From positions 25,048,001-25,112,000 of the forward strand of contig NC_087248.1 in assembly GCF_037042905.1 (NCBI RefSeq): a DNA stretch of 64,000 nt, in the 5' to 3' direction. The translations under genes and the position numbers were made by a program. This stretch comes from Lytechinus pictus. Lineage: Eukaryota. The notes beneath the pieces were generated by a model. That model saw only the letters and a list, made by a program, of their open reading frames with translations. It searched no databases and was not told the DNA's origin. This document shows, piece after piece, positions 52,246-64,000 of this stretch (the stretch's first letter is position 1; each line of letters opens with the position of its first letter).

Positions 52246-52549
52246 CTAAAATACAATAATGATATTCCAGTGGAAAAAAAAAATGAGAATCGAGCTTAGT
52301 CTTTTCTCCAGACCCAGTTAATTAAAACTGGTGGAATTAATGTCTTTGTTGTTGTTTCAACTTATACGGCGTATATTGTGAATATATGCGCTAAGGGTAA
52401 AATGAGAATCAAGCGTACTCTCTCCTCCAGACCCAGCTATTCAAAAAATGAATTAAAAAATTCAAATGTAAGACCAATTTTCCAAAGTTTCACCCAGTAA
52501 AAAAATATGTCTTTACCCCACACCCATTTTTTTAAAATAATACTACGAC

Positions 52550-52792
52550 CAGGGGCGGAAATCTCAAGATAGGGGGACAAGGGTCTGGAAAATTTGACAA
52601 GCAAAAAAAAATTATCACCCGAAAGTAAGATAATCTCGTCCTAAAATACATGTTTTATTTCGATTTTGAATGATGAATTTCTTACCATCATAAAAGACCA
52701 TAAATAGTAGGGGGACATTTGATAGTGTGTCCCCCTACTATTTTGAGTAGGGGAGACACGTCCCCCTGTCCCCCCTGGGATTTCCGCCCATT
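52550..52792. mobile_element. hAT-type MITE (243 bp)
   Basis: CAGGGGCGGAAATC...GATTTCCGCCCATT with perfect 8-bp TSD ACTACGAC. Confidence 0.8.
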
Positions 52793-53070
52793 ACTACGAC
52801 CCCTACAAAACATTGTAATAATGCATGGGTTAAGCAAACATCCTTTCTCCAGACTTAGTTATTATTAAAAAAAAAATAGTTTTTACAAATATTCTGAAAC
52901 GAATACTCAATAATCTAATTACTGTGGAATAACATGAAGACCGACTGTCGAAGATCGACATTCCTCCGGACACAATTATTTCAAGAATAAAAAATCAATA
53001 AAACCCAACCCCCAACAACGAATCAGAGAACCAACAATCCTCCAAATTAAGACCATGCATGTAGAAAAGC

Positions 53071-53250
53071 GTGTGTGTGTGTGTGTATTTGAGTTTTGTC
53101 AGACGTGTATCAATCAGAAATGATTATTTACGTCTGGGACCGACCTTTAACGTCACCATCCGAAAGACGTGACCAGGGCTCGAACCTCTTCATCAATTTG
53201 TAACTTCCCCACATAGCTTGGATTACAGGCGCACGCCACAACGCCCAGTT
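53071..53250 (-). mobile_element. 7SL (SRP RNA Alu-domain)-headed SINE with (CA)n tail, copy 2
   Basis: About 6 substitutions and one small indel versus copy 1; different flanks. Confidence 0.75.
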
Positions 53251-53253
53251 TAA

Positions 53254-53648
53254 AGGTAAATGCTAGTTTTGGTAACGATATCAAAATGAGTTCGTACAGA
53301 ATCCAATGAAATGACCACCAAAGTGTCTGTTTGTATAAATAAAACGCATGTGCCAAAGGATTCTGGAAGAAATTGTGTAATTGCTGAGAAATCAGCAAAT
53401 AAGCACAGGATTCGGGTAGAGCGTCGGGCCCGACGCTCAAAGCAATAATTATACACAGTCCCACGTGCGCTTATCTGTGTTGGGGAAGTTCAGTCTGAAC
53501 ATTTTACAGCGTAGATTTCAAGATTTCACTAAGTTCAGTTTATGTAACTGTACCAGATCTAGATCCTCGATGATATACTGACAATTAAGCCTGGTTTTAC
53601 AGACTTTCTCATGAAATCAGTGTTTACTGCAACTACTGGAATTTCTCT
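53254..53648. mobile_element. TTAA-targeting (Kolobok-like) MITE
   Basis: TTAA|AGGTAAATGCTAGT...ACTGGAATTTCTCT|TTAA. Confidence 0.65.
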
Positions 53649-55484
53649 TTAAAGCACATGTTTAGAGCGTTGTCTTTATTCCAGACCCAGTAATTTATAA
53701 ATGATTTTAACAATCTTAAAAACAAAAGACTTTGTCATATTCTTATTCTTGTGGAATAACACGAGTATTATGCTTGGTCTTTCGTCTAGACCTGGTTATT
53801 TAAAAGATAAACAAATATTGAAAAAAAATCACAGCTAAGACCAATCTTCAAAATCAAACCCACTTTAAATGCTTGGGCTTAGAGCGTTGTCTTTAAGCCT
53901 CACGCAGTTCTCTTAAAAATACAAATTAAGCGAAACATTAATCTTAAAACTTAAACCCCAGCATCTTCCAATCTATAAAACCTAAACAATAAACATAATA
54001 CTGAAGAGTTTCATATTCCCCATTGTGCCAGATATTATGCACACCTTTAAACAGTAAAAAAATGTACGCAACCTGTGCTGTGTCGCTTTTTACCCAACAA
54101 CAACAACAACAACCATGTTCCCCTTTTACCCATCAAATTCATAAATACTTAAAATGTTACATTCCTCGTTGTGTAAAACATATTCTGCACATTTGTTGAG
54201 TAAAATACTGCACATTTATTGTGATATAGTTTACTTAACCTGTGTAGTGCCGTGTTTTACCCAACAACCATGTTCCCTTTTTACCCAACATAAATACTGA
54301 AGATTTTACATTCTCCATTGTGTCAAATTTTCTGCACATAAGTTAAGTAAAATACGGCAAAAAAAAAAAAAAACATATTCCCTTTTTACATAGGTAAAGG
54401 TTTTTTTTTTTTTAACTAAATATTGGAACAATTATTTTTCAGAGTGTAAATTTGAATTATCGCCCTTGACATTACTAATCCTCTTCCAGCATTGAATTTG
54501 TACAAATCTTCCTAGTCACAAGCTTCACCTATATGTAGAAAATTACAAAAAGTACACAGCAAAATAGAGAATACCAAGTGCAATCAAAGGAAACATATTT
54601 TTCACAAAGAATCGGTGAATGAAGTCGTATCATGTATTCAGACCGGAATGTTCGTACGATATTCCAATATTGCCCTAATCCCATGGTTATGTACGAAACT
54701 TCATGCAGTCTTTCAAAGATATTTGAATATACACGCCTGATTAGTTTTCATATAAAATGGAATTATTTGACTTGTGTCAGACAAGGGAACTCATAAATAT
54801 TACGTCTGGATCTATCAATGGATAATAAACTACAATATGGCTAAATTAGAGTTAAATGTGAACACTGGCATGCCCTTAGCATTTGCGAGTGACGATATAT
54901 AGTAGCTTTACTTACATTTGTCTTCGCACATATTCATATCACTATATACATATGCCTAATATTTTTTCTCTACATACTGTATGTATAAACAAACGTGTGT
55001 TATGTGATGGGGGGGGGGGGGGTTATTTCCTATTGTCTAATGCCAATTCGTCCAATTACCAACTCGTGTACTATCAATTGGCCTACCATTTGTGGGTCCA
55101 CCATCCACATGGTCTAATTGCCATTTCATCCACTCACCATTTTCTCCAATAACCATTTGGTTCGATGGCAATTTACCAGTTGGCCTGATCGGACTTGGTG
55201 TTGATTGAGTGACATGAATTGACAAAAAATAAATGGGTATTACACTAACTGATTATCTGACGAAATGGCTATCGACGAAGTGGTGATTAGACGAAGTGAT
55301 TATTTGAATTTATAATATAAATTGCTGTTGAACCAAATGATTGTTAGACGAAATCGTGATGGATGGAAGGGCATTAGTCCAGGGGTGGCGGAACGTATTT
55401 TCGTCGGGGGGGGGGGGCAAAGCCAAACAAACTACTTCTATGCCAAATTGGCATTTTGAAATGTGGAAATGTTTTAGATAATAT

Positions 55485-58050
55485 TTTCATGTAGACGATT
55501 GACTGAATTTGTAGTAAGTGTTGAATAAATGAACTTCCTTTTTACGTTGAAAATTCACCTCAAAAATATATAAATGTACTACTAACAAGAGAATCTCAAG
55601 ATAATTATAGCGAGAACTCAAAACTTCAAACACATAAATTCTCAACAGAAATATGAATTAAAATATCATACCTCAATGTTCACAGTTTAATGAATGAAAA
55701 GGATGAAATAGAGTTGTTTTTAGAATCTAATCCATATGATATTTTTTCAATGTCTGAAACCTGGTTGGACAATGATTTTCCCTCTGGAAGCTTACATATA
55801 AATGGATATAACTTAGAGAGAAAAGATAGAACTTGTGGAGCTGGTGGTAGTGTTGGCTGCTGTATTACATGTAAATCAAATATTACATATAAAAGGAGAA
55901 ATGCCCTTGAAAATATTTATTTGGAATCAATGTGGATAGAGATCCAAATAATCAGAAATCATACCTACCACATGTAGGTATTGTGTATTGTCCTCCCAAG
56001 GCAATAATAGATGTGTTGAAGAATTAGATAGAAGAATTAGAATATAACATTGAAAACATTTGTAATATAAGTAATAAAATACTAATCACAGGAGACATGA
56101 ATTGTAATACGTTAACAAACAACCTTTGTCTCGGAAAATCACAGACTTGTGTGACTCCCTTCAGTTTAGACAAGTGATCACAAAGCCAACTCGCATTACT
56201 CCATACAGTGAAACACTAATTTATATTTTTCTTATACCTGATAACCTGGGTACATTGCCGTGTGGTGTTCGATCGGTCGGTATAAGCGATCATTCCTTGA
56301 TATATATCAAAATCTAAAAGAAAATAAATTGAAATATCTTTTCGTAACTATGATACATAAAACTTCAAAGATGACCTTATTTTATTAAACTGGGATGAAC
56401 TCTTTTCAGACAAAGAAAACGTTAATACGATGTGGTTAACGTTTCATAATAAGTTTATTGAACTGTGTGACAAACACGCGCCTTATGTTAGTATAGGAAA
56501 AAAAAGAATAAACCTGCTCCATATGTAATAAATGAATATTTGATTATTAGAAGAGACAGAGAATTTCACAAATCTAAATTCGACTATTGTAAATCTATTT
56601 GAGATGTAAAGAAATTGATTTACATTTGGTCTGAATGTAAACGTATTCGTAATGAAATAAACAATATGAATAAAAAATTAAAACGTAAATATTACAGCAA
56701 TAAATTTAAAGATTTCTCAAGTGATCTGAAACAAAAAATGGAAAACAATAAAAAAGTTTTTGCCAACAAGTAAAACCAATGATAAATATTATCTACTATT
56801 TGAGGGTAAAATCATAATAAATAGTAATACAATTGGTAATGTCTTCACTCTTATATTCAATACTGTAAGAGACAAAGGACAGAAGCAGATGTTGGTGATG
56901 TAGATGATCCTTGCATTAGACATATACCCAATGTCGATACGATATTTTGTTTTAGAGAAATAAGTTAACAGTTTGTATTGAAAGAGTTTACAAAAACTGA
57001 TACGACTAAAGTTTATGGTCTCGATGACCTTCACCCTCGATTAATGAAAGACGCTAAAGATTTTATTGCAGGACATCTAACCTATATATTTAATATTTCA
57101 CTTAAAACTGGTTGTGTTTCAATTGATTTTAAATCAGCCACAATAATACCAATACACAAAAGTGGTGACATGTCACAACCAATGAACTACAGAGCTATAT
57201 CGATTATGGTATTTAGGGAATTCATAAACAGTTATATAAATATTTAAACGACCATTCATTCCTTACTGATAATTAATCAGGACTTCGACCATTTCATTCC
57301 ACAAATTCTTGCCTCCTGACATCACTGACTATATTCATCAAAGTATAAGGTCTGGCTACCTAACGGGTGCTGTATTTTTAGACCTTCGGAAAACTTTCGA
57401 TGTGATTCTGCATGGTAAACTATTTTTAAAATGTTATTGTATGGTATACAATGCACTGAATATAACTGGTTCCAATCGTATTTAACAAATAGTATACAAC
57501 GTGTCATCATACATATTGATGCACTTGTATAATCAAACTCTCTCGTTTTGCTGCATGTATACGTCGAATTCAGATTTATCTAACACAGAAAACAGTAACT
57601 GATTTATATCATTCTATATTTGTACCACACCTTGATTATTGCAGTATTTTTTTGGAGAACCTCAACAGAGCATAACATTACCAAACTACAACGAGTTCAA
57701 ATAGATACGCTAAATGATTTTGAATGTCGATAGATATACACCAACTAAAGTAATGTTACATACCCTAAACTGGCAATCCGTCCAACAACGTATATAATTC
57801 AATTATTGTATAATGATTTTAAAAATAATTAATAACCTTGAACCAATGTTTCTAACAAGACTCGTTTCCTATAGACCAATTTATTAATCTATCAGATATA
57901 CTGCAACCAATCCTTTACATGTCCCTACACCTAGAACAGAATATATGAAATCAACTTTTTCTTCTCAAGCAATCGTCATTTTAATACCCTTCCTTTAAAT
58001 ATACAAACTTGTGGATCATTTGTTATTTTTAAGCATTGTAAACGACTAAG
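55485..58050 (+). mobile_element. Decayed CR1-group (L2/Crack-like) LINE: APE, RT and C-terminal region
   Basis: SMSETWLD, ITKPTRIT, GISDHSLI, YGLDDLHPRLMK, ATIIPIHKSG...NYRAISI, LNWQSVQQRI; many stops and frameshifts. Confidence 0.85.
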
Positions 58051-58128
58051 TGTAGAATTTGAGTTCATTTTTTTTAAGTAAACTTAATACATTTTAACCG
58101 AATCCTGATAACATAATCTTACGTTATA

Positions 58129-58942
58129 CAGTGCGTCCCAGAAAAAACGAAACCAAGATTTAGCGATGATTTATCATAACTTAATCATAAATAAAATAGA
58201 CAAATGACCTACCAATGTAAAGCTTAGAATCTCCTTTTTCATCTGGTATTACTTAGATTATTCCTTATTCACGCATGAGTGAGCAAAAACAATTCGAAAA
58301 AAGGATGCCAACAACTCATTTGGCGGGGGTAACTGAATTTTAAAAAGAAAATCACATGACTAAAAAGTTCAATATCTGCTCTTTTCTTTGATACCTTACA
58401 GAAAATTGTCAAGAAGTAAAAAAGTTATGATCCCTCGAAACAACGCTTGTTATTCCATAATTTCATTAAATAAACGTGTTTTCACCGGTTTCCCACAGAA
58501 ACTATCGCACGGTAACAAAAGAGTTAATGCATGGTTGATCGTCAACAAAACGGAGTGTCGAGTGAGTTTGGACGCTTGCCTGTAAAACCTCTTCATTTTA
58601 TGAAATTATTGAAATTCAAGCCTTATTTCAAATAACCAGAATTTTGTTATTTCTTGACCATTTTCTGTAATTGAGGTATAAAATTAAAGAGCAGATATTG
58701 AACTTTTTAGAAATGTGGTTTTCTTTTGAAAACCCAGATACGGCCCGCCAAGTGACTTTTTGGTATCCCCTTTTCAAATTGTTTTTGCTCACTCATGCGT
58801 GCATGAGAAATAAAGTAAGTAATTTCAGATGAAAGAGGAGATTCTAAGCTTTAAAATGGTAGGTCATTTGTCTATTGTATTTGTGATTAGGTTATGATAA
58901 ATCATCGATAAATCTCGGTTTCGTTTTTTCTGGGACGCACTG
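58129..58942. mobile_element. Tc1/mariner-type MITE (814 bp), ~300-bp TIRs, TA TSD
   Basis: TA|CAGTGCGTCCCAGAAAAAACGAAACC...GGTTTCGTTTTTTCTGGGACGCACTG|TA; same family as 10125-10894. Confidence 0.9.
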
Positions 58943-59068
58943 TATAGTGGGCTTTTAGTGGGGTTTGGGATGGGGAGGGATTTAAATTTTTTTATTTATT
59001 TTAATCTATGTTTATATATGTTTGCCTGTTAGGCACTTTTTATTTGATTTGAATAAAAAAAATCAAGG

Positions 59069-59232
59069 ATGGCAGAGGTAAAAATGGCAGAGGTTATAAT
59101 GGCAGAGGTAAAAATGGCAGAGGTAAAAATGGTAGAGGTAATAATGGCAGAGGTAAAATGGCAGAGGTAAAATTGGCAGAGGTAATAATAGCAGAGGCAA
59201 AAATGGCAGAGGCATAAATGACACAGGTAAAG
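59069..59232 (+). repeat. 15-bp tandem repeat (ATGGCAGAGGTAAAA), about 11 copies
   Basis: Directly visible periodicity. Confidence 0.9.
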
Positions 59233-60045
59233 ATAATGACATGCTACATCAACAAGGAAGACAGAGCCTTTTCGGTTAATATCAGTCATAATTAGTATGA
59301 CTCCTCTCGACTAAATAAGTATAATGAACTGATTAGATATGTGTCATCATTTTAGGTCTATACTTTATCGTTGATATGATTAAACTCAAACATTTCCATG
59401 CCAAAATTATTTCAATTAGTGATTGATGAAAAGATTTATCTTGGCCAGTTCATAAGTAGAACTTCATCCCATTTATAGGCCTACCCAACAAGTCATAATG
59501 TAAACACTGATGTGCGCTACCATTAACAAACTGAAATAGACATATTCGGGATTTCTTTGAACCACTTGTATAACTTGGATAACATAAAAATATCAAACGC
59601 TCTGTAATAAAAGTATATTTTTTTTATATTTCAACATTATAATTGATCCGAATAGATATTGATATGATACGCATGTAGTTTAATGTAAATGATATAATAA
59701 TAGCAACAAGTGTTCAGTTTTTCAGAGCAATACCTCATTGCACCTTTCCCAAGTGGATGTCAGGTCCCCAAACCAGCTACCGCATAAATTTTAAAATGAG
59801 TAGCGAATCAGGGATTTAAATTTATATCTTTGGTACCATTCTATCGACCTACTTTTAAGAGGAAATTAACCCTGTCAAATGGTTTACTGTAAAATTAGCA
59901 GAAACATATATTGGTGGTTTATACGGAAAGTCCATCAAAGATTAAGAAAGTTATTAGAAGTTTGAGTTTTTGATCTGTGACGTCATATACTAGATTTTAT
60001 GCACCAACATATACACTTTTCAATTTTTTCATCAGTGGTTCATGA

Positions 60046-63000
60046 TTTTGATTTGATTTGATTTATTTATTTTCCGTTTCACAATTGTACATAATATGAT
60101 AAACATAACATAAAAAGGTCGAAAATACTACAAGACAAAATATAATATATATAACATAATCATAGATTTAAGGAACACAATTCAGTAAATAAAGATATCT
60201 CAAATGACATTTGTATTTAAAAGTAAAACGGAGGGTCTTGCCGAAAAAAGCAAAGCTTGTACAAGAGACAAGCCCCTATCTTAGTTACATTACAAAATTA
60301 CAACAAATAAATATTGGGTCTTAATAATAATTTTGTTTAAAAATAAATACAAACAATTTTTGTGCACTTGACAAAAACGTAACTGATGGATCGTGAGAAA
60401 AAAATTACGTTTTACAATATTATAAGAGAGGGGGAGGTGAGGGGGGAAGACAGGAGGGACAGATGAGTGCAGTACACTAAGTAGAAAGAATGAAGAAGGC
60501 GGGCAGCAGGAGCAGGTACTTTGGCTAATTGCAATTTTAAGAAGAAAATAATTAAACGAATAATATACATGACTATGTATATAACATGAGCGCATATAAT
60601 ACGCATATACACAAAAGTCGAGTATGATTAAATTAGTTATTCAGCTTGACCTGTTTGCGACGAGTATTGCAGAATTAACATTTTTTCAGTTTGCGGTTAA
60701 AAATATTTACATTGGGGGATTCTTTGAAATCTTGAGGCAGAGAGTTCCAGTAGGCAGGCCCAGAGAAGACAAATTAATTCTTTGCAAATAAAGTTCTTTT
60801 TAAAGGGAGATGGTAATATTGTCGTTGCCTTGTTGGGTAGCAGTGTACGAATGTATTTTTACGGAACATATTAGAGAAAAAGGCGGGAAGGTCGTCCTTG
60901 CTTAATTTGAACATAAATTGACTAAGTTCGAAAAGATACATGTCACTTACTTTAAGAATGTTATTTTCAAAAAATAAGATATCAGTATGTGATCTAAAGT
61001 GTGTTTGAAAAATTATTCTTAGAGCTTTTTTCTGAAGAAGTAATATTCTATTTAGTTGTGTTTATATTGCACATCCCCAGGCAATAATTCCATAATTAAT
61101 ATATGGTAGAATAAGGGTGTAATATAATGTTAACAAAGTGCGGGAAGGGAGAAAATGTTTGAGTTTATTAATAATTCCAATGTTTCTAGAAATTGTTTTA
61201 TATATACTATCGATATGAGGCTTCCAGGATAATTTGTCGTCAATAAGGACACCCAAGAATCTGGTAGTGGAAACATTATTAAGAACGAAATTATCAAAGA
61301 AAATACTGTCAGGTAGAGTATTGATTTTGTTGCTGAAAAGCATGTAGTTTGTCTTCTGGTGATTAAGCGAAAGTTTGTTGGCCTTGATCCAATCTGTAAC
61401 ATTTGTTAGTTCAAAATTTACGATTCTAACGAGTTGGTTAATATTGTCATGGGAAAAGAAAATATTGGAGTCGTCAGCAAAAAGTATAAATGAAAGTAAA
61501 TTTGATGTATTTTTAATATCATTGATGTAAGTAATAAAAAGAAGTGGGCCTAATAGGCTACCCGGTGGGACAACGCAAGTAATTGGAAGAGTAGTCGAAT
61601 TGCTATTATTTACTGATACAAATTGGGTCCTATCAGTGAGGTAACTCCTGAACCACTCCAAGGCCTTCCCTCTAACTCCATAATGACACAGTTTATGAAG
61701 GAGAATTTCATGATTTATAGTGTCGAAGGCCTTGGAGAAGTCCAGGAAAATACCGACAGTATGACAACTATTATCGATGGAAGTGGTGACTTTATTAATA
61801 AATGACAGAATAGCATGGGAAGTACTATGGTTTTTACGGAATCCAAATTGGAAGTTTGAAAAAATGTTGTGTAATTTGAAAAAATCACTTGTTCTAATAT
61901 GGACAAGTTTTTCTAGAATTTTAGATAGTGAAGTTAGTAAGGATATTGGACGATAGTTGGAAACGAGTTGGCTATCACCTTTTTTTAACAGTGGGATGAC
62001 TTTGGAGATTTTCATTTTATTAGGGACCCGTCCAGTGCTAAGAGAGATATTAAAGATATGTACCAATGGATCAACGATGGCTGTAATGATTTTTTTTAGA
62101 AGAAAGTTGGGTATACCGTCATACCCCGGGCTTTTATAATTCTGTTAATTGCTAACAATATTAATGATTTCCATCGAAGTAGTAGGATTAAAAAACATGG
62201 AATTGGGGTTAGGGTCGTCAAGGAAATCGGAAAAGGATTTGTTAGTTCGAGGTATATTTTTAGCCAAGTTGTTGCCAACATTTGAAAAATATGAATTGAA
62301 CTCTCCTGTGATTATATTAGTGTCGTCTGTGATAGTATTGTTTGATTTTATTTTTGTGATTGTAGAGCTTTTTATCTTTTTGTTCAGTACATTATTAATA
62401 ATCTTCCAAGTATTTTTCATATCATTTTTGTAAATGTTTAATTGGGAAGTGTAGTAATCCTTTTTGGCTATACGTAATAATGTGGTAAGGGTGTTTTTAT
62501 AACAAGTGTACTTAGAACGAGAGTTTTCGCTTGGTTTAGAAATATATTTATAATAAAGATTATTTTTACGGTTAATAGATCGTAAGATAGATTTAGTAAT
62601 CCACGGATGTATTGGGATGTTTTTATAATTTGACTTTCGGTTGGTGATAAGAGGGACGTGGGTGTCTAGAGAAGATGTTAATTTGGTAATAAAAGAGTCG
62701 TAAGCTACATCAACATCTGTGGAGTAAAAAATGGTCGACCAGTCTGTATTGTCTAAATCATTAATTAAATGGGAAATGTTATCATCGGTTATTTTACGAT
62801 AGGAAGTATTATATGATTCATTCTTAGAAAGTTTATTTTTAGACAACTTCGCAAAAATTGAAAAGTGATCAGAAATATCGCTAAGGACTATACCAGCTTG
62901 GGGGGTAGGATATGTTACATTACTAAAAATATTATCTATAATAGTTGCAGAAGTGTTAGTTACTCTCGTTGGTTTAGTAATTAGTGGTAAGAAAGAATTA

Positions 63001-64000
63001 GTCAGAAACGTTTCGAGAAACTCTTGCGAGATATTGTTAGTGTTGCAATTCATTAAATTGATGTTGAAATCCCCCATAAAGAAACAATCTTTGTTTTTCA
63101 GAAAAGGATTGAGTAAAAAGTCATTGAGGGTTTCCAGAAAATGTTGAGTATTTGAATTAGGAGGTCGGTATAAAACTCCCAGTATCAGATTTTTTCCTTT
63201 TGGATTGATGATTTCAACAAAGAGTGATTCTAAAGTGTCATTGGATAAAGTCATATTATTTATAAGATTATATTCGTATTGCTGGGGTATATAAAGCGCA
63301 ACACCACCACCGGGTCTTACAGTTCTGTTGTTAACAACTATATTAAAATCGGAGAGTGCAAAAAGAGAACAAGGATTTTCCGAGAACCACGTTTCAGTTA
63401 ATCCAATGATTGAATATTTCGGAAACTGATTATTATCAAGAAATAATTTTAACTTATCGAAATTTTTCTTGGCACTACGAATATTTAGATGGAGAAGAAA
63501 AATATCTTCTTCAAGACTGCTAGAATTAATTAAAGATTTAAAATGTTGTTCTGTAAAATACTGTGAAGTAATAAGCTGTCCACATGGGTCATTTGGGTCA
63601 AAGTTTGAGTTAAGATCAGCAGTATTATCATTCAGGTAGTTTTTTATATAAGTATCAAAATAGGGGTTTTCTGACGAAGCGCCGTGTTGTGATGAAAGGG
63701 ACAACAGGTCATCGTTGCATAACGAGCTGAATGGAAAGTCAGACAAATCAGCCGTCGGAGCTGGGAAGAATTACACTAGATACGCTAAAAGAGTAGACAC
63801 GCCGCCATGCTCCTGCTCCTGTTGCTGTGCAAGAAGAGGGAAACAGAAGAAATGAAAGTATGCTGTGCAAGAGAAAAAGACAATACAAGTTTAAAGGAAG
63901 AAAAGTAAAATGGGAAGAGAAGAGATAAGAAACCCGAACCAGACCAGACACGAGAACGATCATTACTAATGTAATATGTGAATGATATAATAACTGAAAA
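60046..64000 (-). mobile_element. Near full-length CR1-group (L2/Crack-like) LINE; 5' end probably beyond the window
   Basis: APE plus RT reading frame, 3' UTR with ACAAGCTTTGCTTT stem-loop, AATAAA and (TCAAA)n tail. Confidence 0.85.
60640..63746 (-). pseudogene. LINE APE-reverse transcriptase ORF (~1030 codons) interrupted by in-frame TAA stops
   Basis: HLNIRS, GLTETW, YRPP, GDFN, PTRVT, SDH (APE); NYRPISLL, QFGFR, LDFSKAFD, FADD (RT). ORFs 62145..63746 and 61062..62066 are in one frame; stops at 62145, 61062, 60774. Confidence 0.9.

Larger units (their letters stand above)
42320..58050 (+). repeat. Mosaic segmental duplication, four partial copies: A ~42320-46010, B ~46011-48780, C ~48900-51165, D ~53990-58050
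   Basis: Shared blocks (gtgaccagcccttccaaagtcaac; ttttacccaac repeats; ctcttccagcattgaattcg; ccaatattgccctattcccatgg) recur 3-4 times at high identity. Confidence 0.9.

Noticed and set aside
51773-53250. Human Alu contamination or a true 7SL gene
   Set aside because: Only ~48 nt resemble Alu/7SL and they carry non-human compensatory changes. There is no Alu body, poly(A) tail, SRP S domain or T-run terminator, and the copies are embedded in local repeats.
59029-59289. Cys/His-rich or TSAIF-repeat protein
   Set aside because: Translation of the 15-bp tandem repeat.

Overview
AT-rich eukaryotic (animal) genomic DNA. The repeat landscape and gene type point to an echinoderm, probably a sea urchin; this is inference from family resemblance, not a database result. 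From 0 to 19.5 kb on the + strand lies the 3' part of an intron-rich gene, probably an NLR-type immune receptor (no NACHT domain is visible in the window). It has three tandemly duplicated, symmetric phase-0 exons that each encode two LRR-like units, two further exon copies destroyed by different deletions, and three unique 3' exons ending at a TGA at 19461-19463. The rest of the window is a transposon graveyard with no recognisable host gene: decayed CR1-group LINEs (one nearly intact, one PHD-APE-RT copy joined to an RTE tail), tRNA-derived SINEs, many non-autonomous DNA transposons (TA, TTAA and 8-bp target duplications, several with paralogous empty sites), tandem and segmental duplications, and a 49-bp minisatellite. 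The most notable observations are (1) a modular LRR-exon cassette array in which every differing codon between two paralogous exons is non-synonymous, (2) two copies of a ~180-bp SINE whose head is a 7SL/SRP Alu domain with compensatory base changes, and (3) a minimal Penelope-type hammerhead ribozyme motif. Coordinates were read by eye and repeat boundaries may be off by some bases.
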